In this document: piece by piece, positions 58,632 to 64,000 of the stretch | How positions within the stretch are numbered: position 1 is the first letter of the stretch | How the letters are laid out: the number at the start of each line of letters is the position of its first letter | Assembly (NCBI GenBank): GCA_965215505.1 | Contig: OZ244065.1 | Span: 3,520,001-3,584,000 of the forward strand | Reading direction: 5' to 3' | Length of the DNA stretch: 64,000 bases | Origin: Capsulimonadaceae bacterium | Lineage (GTDB): Bacteria > Armatimonadota > Armatimonadia > Armatimonadales > Capsulimonadaceae | Notes under the pieces: model-generated | What the model saw: only the letters and a program-made list of their open reading frames with translations | The model's database searches: none | What the model was told of the DNA's origin: nothing | Position numbers and translations under genes: made by a program

Positions 58632-58880
58632 ATGAGCAAACCATTCGGATTCGGCGGCCTGTTCCGCAAGGCGCCCGAGACGCACGAAGAAGAAGCGGCG
58701 GCGGAGGCCGTTCGGGAGCGGCTGGCCCGCGAGTCTGCCGCCAACGAAACGACCGATGACCTCGACGCGGACTTCCGCGAAGCGCTCGCCGACGGCGAGA
58801 TCACCGGCGACATCGTCGTGATTGACGCGAAGGGGCGCGAGGTCAAAGGCCGGAAGCGCTCCAACATCTTTGACGTCTGA
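58632..58880 (+). CDS. Small acidic hypothetical protein
   Basis: 82-aa ORF with plausible codon usage. Confidence 0.5.
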   Translation: MSKPFGFGGLFRKAPETHEEEAAAEAVRERLARESAANETTDDLDADFREALADGEITGDIVVIDAKGREVKGRKRSNIFDV

Positions 58881-58925
58881 CGCCCGCGCAAAACGTGCGC
58901 CGGGCCTCCCCAGCACTTTTACCGG

Positions 58926-58955
58926 TTGACAAACCGCCCCGCCCCGTGCTATCAT
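58926..58955 (+). promoter_or_regulatory. sigma70 promoter of metK
   Basis: TTGACA-18 bp-TATCAT, with TG extension. Confidence 0.6.
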
Positions 58956-59018
58956 AGACCCGACAACCTCATAGCGTAGCACGAGGAGCGCCTGCCGTCT
59001 GAGGCAGGCGAGGATTGA

Positions 59019-59153
59019 AACTCAAGAGTGGTGGAGGGACCGGCCCTGCGAAGCCACAACAACCACCCTGGCGGTAACGCCGGGGCAGGTGCTAAATCCG
59101 GCGCCCTAGCACCGTCTTTGATTCGTCAATGACGGGCCTAGCGCGCAAGAGTT
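59019..59153 (+). ncRNA. SAM-I riboswitch (variant)
   Basis: CAAGAG-TGGTGGAGGGACCGGCCCTGCGAAGCCA-CAACC...GGTGCTAAATCC upstream of metK. Confidence 0.85.
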
Positions 59154-59292
59154 GAGATGCCAGCGTGACGACTCTCTGACCCCCGCTTGCACCGCCCTTA
59201 CCGGACGTTCTTGATTTGCTCTTCCTGACCCCACCCTCTGCTTGCCGCTCTTACTGCAAAGCATTACTGCAAAGAAGGAAGCAAACACACCC

Positions 59293-60450
59293 ATGCCCGA
59301 CGTTAAACTGTTCACCTCGGAGTCCGTCTCCGTGGGCCACCCCGACAAGCTCGCCGACCAGATCAGCGACGCCATCCTCGACGAGCTGCTGCGCCAGGAC
59401 CCCAAGAGCCGCGTCGCCGTCGAAACCCTGCTGACGCGCGGCCTCGCCGTCATCGCCGGCGAGGTCACCACCCAGGGCTACGTCGAGATCCCCGACGTCG
59501 TCCGGGCCGCGATCAACGACGCCGGCTACACCAAGGTCGAGTACGGCTTCGACGGCGACACGACCGGCGTCCTGATCGCCCTCCAGAAGCAGTCCCCCGA
59601 CATCAGCGTCGGCGTGGACGCCGGCGCGAAGGGCGACAAGGCCCAGGGCGCGGGCGACCAGGGCATGATGTTCGGCTTCGCCGTCAACGAGACGCCCGAG
59701 CTGATGCCCCTGCCCATCACCATCGCCCACGAGCTGACCGCCCTCTACGCCCAGGTCCGCAAGGGCGGGTCGCTGGGCCTGCGCCCCGATGCCAAGTCCC
59801 AGGTGACGGTCGCCTACGACCCCGCGACCGACAAGCCCCTCTCGATTGACACCATCGTCTTCTCCGCCCAGCACGACCCCGAGCTGAAGCAGGCCGACGT
59901 CCAGGCCTTGGTCCAGCAGCACGTCATCAGGCCCGTCCTGGCGCAGTACGAGAAGTACATCACCCACGACATCAAGTACCACGTCAACCCCACCGGCATC
60001 TTCGTCATCGGCGGCCCGCAGGCCGACACCGGCGTCACGGGCCGCAAGATCATCGTGGACACCTACGGCGGCTACGCCCGCCACGGCGGCGGCGCCTTCT
60101 CCGGCAAGGACCCCTCCAAGGTGGACCGCTCGGCCGCCTACGCCGCCCGCTTCATCGCCAAGAACATCGTCGCGGCGGGCCTGGCCGAGAAGGTCGAGAT
60201 CCAATTGGCCTACGCCATCGGCGTCGCCCAGCCCGTCTCGGTCCTGGTCGAAACTTTCGGCACCAACGCCATCGCCGAGGACGAGATCAGCCGCCGGGTC
60301 AGCGCGAACTTCGACCTGACCCCGCGCGGCATCATCCAGCTCCTGGACCTGACCCGCCCGGTCTACTCGCAGACCGCCAAAAACGGCCACTTCGGGCATC
60401 CCGAGTTCGCCTGGGAGGCGACCGACCAGGCCGCAAAGCTGGCCGGGTAG
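59293..60450 (+). CDS. metK: S-adenosylmethionine synthetase
   Basis: [26 protein letters not shown]. Confidence 0.97.
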   Translation: MPDVKLFTSESVSVGHPDKLADQISDAILDELLRQDPKSRVAVETLLTRGLAVIAGEVTTQGYVEIPDVVRAAINDAGYTKVEYGFDGDTTGVLIALQKQSPDISVGVDAGAKGDKAQGAGDQGMMFGFAVNETPELMPLPITIAHELTALYAQVRKGGSLGLRPDAKSQVTVAYDPATDKPLSIDTIVFSAQHDPELKQADVQALVQQHVIRPVLAQYEKYITHDIKYHVNPTGIFVIGGPQADTGVTGRKIIVDTYGGYARHGGGAFSGKDPSKVDRSAAYAARFIAKNIVAAGLAEKVEIQLAYAIGVAQPVSVLVETFGTNAIAEDEISRRVSANFDLTPRGIIQLLDLTRPVYSQTAKNGHFGHPEFAWEATDQAAKLAG

Positions 60451-60480
60451 AGGGACGTAGACGGACAGAGGCAGGCACAA

Positions 60481-60511
60481 GGAGGCCGCCGGGCAATGCC
60501 CGGCGGCCTCC
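60481..60511 (+). terminator. Hairpin terminator after metK (near-copy at 61332-61360)
   Basis: ggaggccgccgggc-aat-gcccggcggcctcc. Confidence 0.7.
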
Positions 60512-60548
60512 TTCCGTTCTGTGGTACAATGGGGCCGGGAGAAAGTCA

Positions 60549-60851
60549 ATGGCAATCGCAGAGCAGGAGATCACGCGGCACCTGAGCATCCCTCTGGACC
60601 GGGACCAGCAGGAGAGACTGGAACGGGCCGCGCTCATGGCCGGGCAGAGCTTGGAGGGTTTCGCCGCCACTGCGCTCCTGCGCGCGGCGGACGCGGCGCT
60701 GACACCGCCGCCGCCCGCCGACAACCCATTGGACAAGGTCATCGGCATTTTCAAGGACGAGCCTCTGATGGATGAGCTGATGGAGCGCATTCGCCGGGAT
60801 CGTCAGGCAGAGATAGAAGCGTATGCGATAGAAGCACAGGCGGAAGAATAG
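60549..60851 (+). CDS. Antitoxin (DUF1778-like N-terminus)
   Basis: LSIPLD..QQERLERAA...GQSL..F, upstream of a PIN toxin. Confidence 0.65.
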   Translation: MAIAEQEITRHLSIPLDRDQQERLERAALMAGQSLEGFAATALLRAADAALTPPPPADNPLDKVIGIFKDEPLMDELMERIRRDRQAEIEAYAIEAQAEE

Positions 60852-60855
60852 CCTC

Positions 60856-61275
60856 GTGTACTCCCTTGATTCCGACACTGTAAACAACCTCCTCCGGGCC
60901 AATCCGAACATTGCTCGGCGCGTGCGGGCTGTCAATCCTGTTGACCTCCGGGTCAGCACCATTGTTTTGGAAGAAGTCGTCGGCAAGCAGATCAACCACC
61001 TCAACACCCTGCGCTCGCAACGCCGCCCACTTACGCGTGCCTCTCAATTCCTGGCCGAATTAACAATAGCCTTGTCGGCTTTCCAGATATTGCCGTACTC
61101 AGACGAGGCCGAGCAGTTGTATCAGTCGTGGCCCGCGAAGCAGAAGCGCGTTGGCCCCAATGACTGCCGCATCGCTGCAAGCGCCATTGTCGCGGGATTG
61201 ATCGTGGTGACGTGCAACCAGAAGGACTTCTCGACCATCCCCGGCCTCGTCTGGCAGGATTGGAGCCGGGAGTGA
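60856..61275 (+). CDS. vapC: VapC PIN-domain toxin
   Basis: YSLDSD, STIVLEE, GPNDCRIAASA, VVTCNQKDF. Confidence 0.88.
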   Translation: MYSLDSDTVNNLLRANPNIARRVRAVNPVDLRVSTIVLEEVVGKQINHLNTLRSQRRPLTRASQFLAELTIALSAFQILPYSDEAEQLYQSWPAKQKRVGPNDCRIAASAIVAGLIVVTCNQKDFSTIPGLVWQDWSRE

Positions 61276-61373
61276 TGGCCTACCCGGTCTACTCGCAGGC
61301 CGCAAGGCTCGCCGCGCAGACAGGTCGCAGCAAGGCCGCCGGGCATCGCCCGGCGGCCTTCAATCCGTCAATG

Positions 61374-61690
61374 TCACGCGGCCTGATGCGCGAGCCACTG
61401 CTCCAGGTCGGCGGCCGTGCTGAAGTCCAGCAAGGCCTCCTTGCCCTCCGCGATGCCCAGCGTGATGCCCTCGGCGATGCCCAGTGCCCGCCCCTCTCGC
61501 TGCCAGCTCGTCATCATCTCCATGGTTTCCTGCCTCTCCGCTGGGTCCAGCTTCAGGCTCGCCAGCAGCCGCAGGCACTCCGCCTTCACCCGAGGCCGGT
61601 TCCCAGGCCGCATCTTCATCTTCGCCATCAGGGCGCTCGCGATGGGGTTTTCCTGACGCACGGACCGCCGCCACGGCAGACCGCCGCCAC
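61374..61690 (-). pseudogene. Internally deleted remnant of an Rpn/DUF4351-like gene
   Basis: NPIASALMAKM...RVKAECLRLLA, TSW..EG...G..EG repeats and EALLDFST..DL..WL ending. No 5' part. Confidence 0.6.
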
Positions 61691-61732
61691 GGCAGCGGGT
61701 TGAGAATGGGACGCAGCCCGGTTCGCCACGGG

Positions 61733-61930
61733 CCACGGGTTGAAACCCGAGGCTGGGAAAGGCGCGCCGTCCAGGGGACGTGAAGACGAAGACACAGGAT
61801 AAGGAGCAGAGGACGGGGATAGGAGGGCGGGGGATAGGAGGGCGGGGGGACCCCGCCCTCCTTCTTGTTTCTCACCCCCTTACGTCCCCTGGACGGTGGG
61901 CACTTCCCAGCCTCGGGTTTCAACCCGTGG
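61733..61930. repeat. Family F paired-hairpin element
   Basis: ccacgggttgaaacccgagg...cctcgggtttcaacccgtgg with inner gtccaggggacg arms. Confidence 0.75.
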
Positions 61931-61975
61931 CAGGTCCCTTCAACAGCAGGCCCGCGTGTGATTTTTCTTTGCCCC

Positions 61976-62009
61976 TTGACATACCCTCAGAATCTATGTA
62001 TACTGAGGG
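61976..62009 (+). promoter_or_regulatory. sigma70 promoter with overlapping operator
   Basis: TTGACA-17 bp-TATACT, and inverted repeat CCCTCAG-N12-CTGAGGG. Confidence 0.8.
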
Positions 62010-62043
62010 GCATGGACGAAAGCATAGAAATCGGAGGTAGGTT

Positions 62044-62415
62044 ATGAGGCGTGAACTCGCCCACGGCGACCTGCCCGCGCTCATCCTCGCCGTGTTGGGG
62101 GCCACGCCGCGCCACGGCTACGCCATCGCCCGCGAGGTCGAGCGCCTGAGCGACGGCGCGCTGCACCTGCGCGAGGGCACCCTGTACCCTGCCCTGCGCG
62201 TGCTGGAACAGGACGGCCTGATCGCGGGGGCCTGGGAGGCGCAGGAGAAGGGCGCGGACCGCAAGGTCTACGCGCTCACCGAGGCGGGCCACCGGGAGGG
62301 GAAGAAGCGGGCGCAGGCATTGCGCGACTACGCGACCCTGCTGCACACCATCTTAGGCCGCGTGGAACAGGGGACACCGAAACGGAGGGCACCCGGCCAT
62401 GCACAGCCTGCTTGA
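62044..62415 (+). CDS. PadR-family regulator
   Basis: HGYAI...EGTLYPALR.LE..GLI...RKVY.LT..G. Confidence 0.92.
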   Translation: MRRELAHGDLPALILAVLGATPRHGYAIAREVERLSDGALHLREGTLYPALRVLEQDGLIAGAWEAQEKGADRKVYALTEAGHREGKKRAQALRDYATLLHTILGRVEQGTPKRRAPGHAQPA

Positions 62416-62968
62416 AACTTATCTTTCGGAAGTCGCCTCCCACCTGAGAAGTCTGCCAACCGAGCGGCGCGCGGAAGAGCTGCGGGAGATGCGGGCGCAC
62501 CTGGAGAGCGCGTCCGCAGCCTTGCGGGAGGGCGGGGCGACGGGGGCCGGGGCGGCATCGGCAGTCCTGGAGCAGTTCGGGGGGTCGGAGGCGATCGCGC
62601 GCGGCTTATGGGGGGCGTGGCGGCGCGGTGAGAACAAAAGAAAGAGGGTCGTGATGAAAGAACGCATTATCTTCGGGTCGAGTCTGGCGGCGGTGACGCT
62701 CGGGGCGGCCTGGCTGGTGTTCGTGGCGGCCATGATCGGCCGCGTCCTCCGCCCGCAGGGCCAGATCCTCATCCACGCCTCGGAAGGCGCGAGCCTCAAA
62801 GTGCAGCAGGGGATCGTCCAGGTGCTGTCGGCGGGCAGCAACGGCACCGGCGTCGAGACCTTTAATGTGCCGCTCCTGGCCGCCTGCATCTCGGTGCCGT
62901 TCCTGCTCATCGTCGGCTTCGCGGTCGTGGGCTGCTGCTCCATGCTCCGCGCCCGCCGCCTGGCGTGA
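62399..62968 (+). CDS. HAAS-like domain membrane protein 1
   Basis: YLSEV...L..LP..RR.EELREMRAHL...FG, followed by TM helices. Confidence 0.75.
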   Translation: MHSLLETYLSEVASHLRSLPTERRAEELREMRAHLESASAALREGGATGAGAASAVLEQFGGSEAIARGLWGAWRRGENKRKRVVMKERIIFGSSLAAVTLGAAWLVFVAAMIGRVLRPQGQILIHASEGASLKVQQGIVQVLSAGSNGTGVETFNVPLLAACISVPFLLIVGFAVVGCCSMLRARRLA

Positions 62969-62992
62969 GGACTCGGCCCAGGGAGAACCGCC

Positions 62993-63628
62993 ATGCACAG
63001 CCGACTTGAAAGCTATCTGTCGGAGGTCGCCGCGCGCCTGAAAGGGCTGCCGGCGGTCCGGCGCAATGAAGAACTGCGTGAGATGCGCGGGCACCTGCTC
63101 AGTCGTGTCGAGGCGTACCAGGAGTTAGGCGAGACGGAACAAGAGGCGATCGAGTCAACCCTGCGGCAGTTCGGGCCGCCTGTGGAGGTCGCCGGCGGCC
63201 TGACCCGCGCGTGGCGGCGCAGTTGTGGCGGCCGGCAGGACGTCCTCCGCGCGGCGGGCTGCTCCGTACTCCTGATGGCCCCCTACATCGCCGGGATGAT
63301 GCTTTTGGAGCCTAAAATGGAACCGCTCCGTATGCTGTGGGTCGCGGTGTACCCCTATGGCGATGCGCTGGCCATCGTCTGCGCGGGGGCCATCACCGGA
63401 TGGCTTCTCCCGAAACGCGCCGCTATGGGGACGGCACTCGGGATGGTAGTTCTGCTCGCCATAGGGGCCGCCTCCTGCATCAATCGCGGCATCCCCGGCG
63501 GTTTCCTCGGTCTTCTGCTGGGGAGCCTCTGGACGACCAAAGCCTGCTGGCCCGCTGTTCTGGCGGCCTGGGCCGGCAGTCGTTGGCGGAACGCACGGAC
63601 GGGCCGGGCGCGACTGGCGCGGGGTTGA
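62993..63628 (+). CDS. HAAS-like domain membrane protein 2
   Basis: Same N-terminus, different TM region. Confidence 0.75.
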   Translation: MHSRLESYLSEVAARLKGLPAVRRNEELREMRGHLLSRVEAYQELGETEQEAIESTLRQFGPPVEVAGGLTRAWRRSCGGRQDVLRAAGCSVLLMAPYIAGMMLLEPKMEPLRMLWVAVYPYGDALAIVCAGAITGWLLPKRAAMGTALGMVVLLAIGAASCINRGIPGGFLGLLLGSLWTTKACWPAVLAAWAGSRWRNARTGRARLARG

Positions 63629-63640
63629 AGGGGAAGCACT

Positions 63641-64000
63641 ATGCACAGCCTGCTTGAAGCGTACCTGTCGGAAGTCGCCGGGCACCTGGGCGCACTGCCG
63701 GCCAAGCGGCGCGCGGAAGAGCTGCGCGAGATGCGGGCGCATCTGGAGAACGCCGCCCTCGTCAGCCGCGAGCTAGGCCAGACGGAGGACGAAGCGGCGG
63801 CAAACGCCGTGGCACAGTTCGGGGCGGCGCGGGACCTAGGGGAGAACGTCGTCTGGGCCTGGCGGCGGGGGGAGATGCTCAACAGGAAAAGCTTCTTCGG
63901 GGCCACTGCCGCCACCACGCTGGTTCTGTGCCTCATGGCGTTTCTCAGGGACGGCGGCCTTTGCGGCGTGTTGTACAGCGCCCTGGAACGCCTCCTGCCA
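63641..64000 (+). CDS. HAAS-like domain membrane protein 3, 3' partial
   Basis: MHSLLEAYLSEVAGHL..., running off the window. Confidence 0.75.
   Translation, partial: MHSLLEAYLSEVAGHLGALPAKRRAEELREMRAHLENAALVSRELGQTEDEAAANAVAQFGAARDLGENVVWAWRRGEMLNRKSFFGATAATTLVLCLMAFLRDGGLCGVLYSALERLLP

Noticed and set aside
1-64000. tRNA or rRNA genes
   Set aside because: None recognised by eye. A covariance-model scan would be needed to exclude them.

Overview
High-GC bacterial chromosomal window. The gene content (PEP-CTERM proteins, THLLWDN-repeat proteins, many glycoside hydrolases) suggests Armatimonadota, but this is inference only. The main result is an apparently domesticated, head-only Mu-like phage module at 9.8-15.7 kb: capsid cement protein, prohead protease/scaffold, small membrane protein, Mu gpT-type major capsid protein, two putative head-completion proteins, an NlpC/P60 hydrolase and a DUF935 portal. 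It has a near-consensus sigma70 promoter, intact reading frames and host palindromic repeats between its genes and in-frame within one gene. No terminase, tail, integrase or transposase gene was found in the window, so it is a candidate gene-transfer-agent-like system. A second candidate system is an operon pairing an Lgt paralogue with an MJ0619/Tes-like radical SAM enzyme and small Cys-containing membrane proteins (51.7-56.7 kb). The rest includes a PAS-GGDEF-EAL protein, sigma54-driven PEP-CTERM genes, a type II RM pair (NotI-like), GH20/GH29/GH36/GH44 enzymes, several TA modules and remnants, metK with a variant SAM-I riboswitch, a PadR/HAAS array, and several families of REP/MITE-like palindromes with adjacent short tandem repeats. 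A few homopolymer frameshifts may be assembly errors. All family assignments come from motif recognition by eye, not from database searches.
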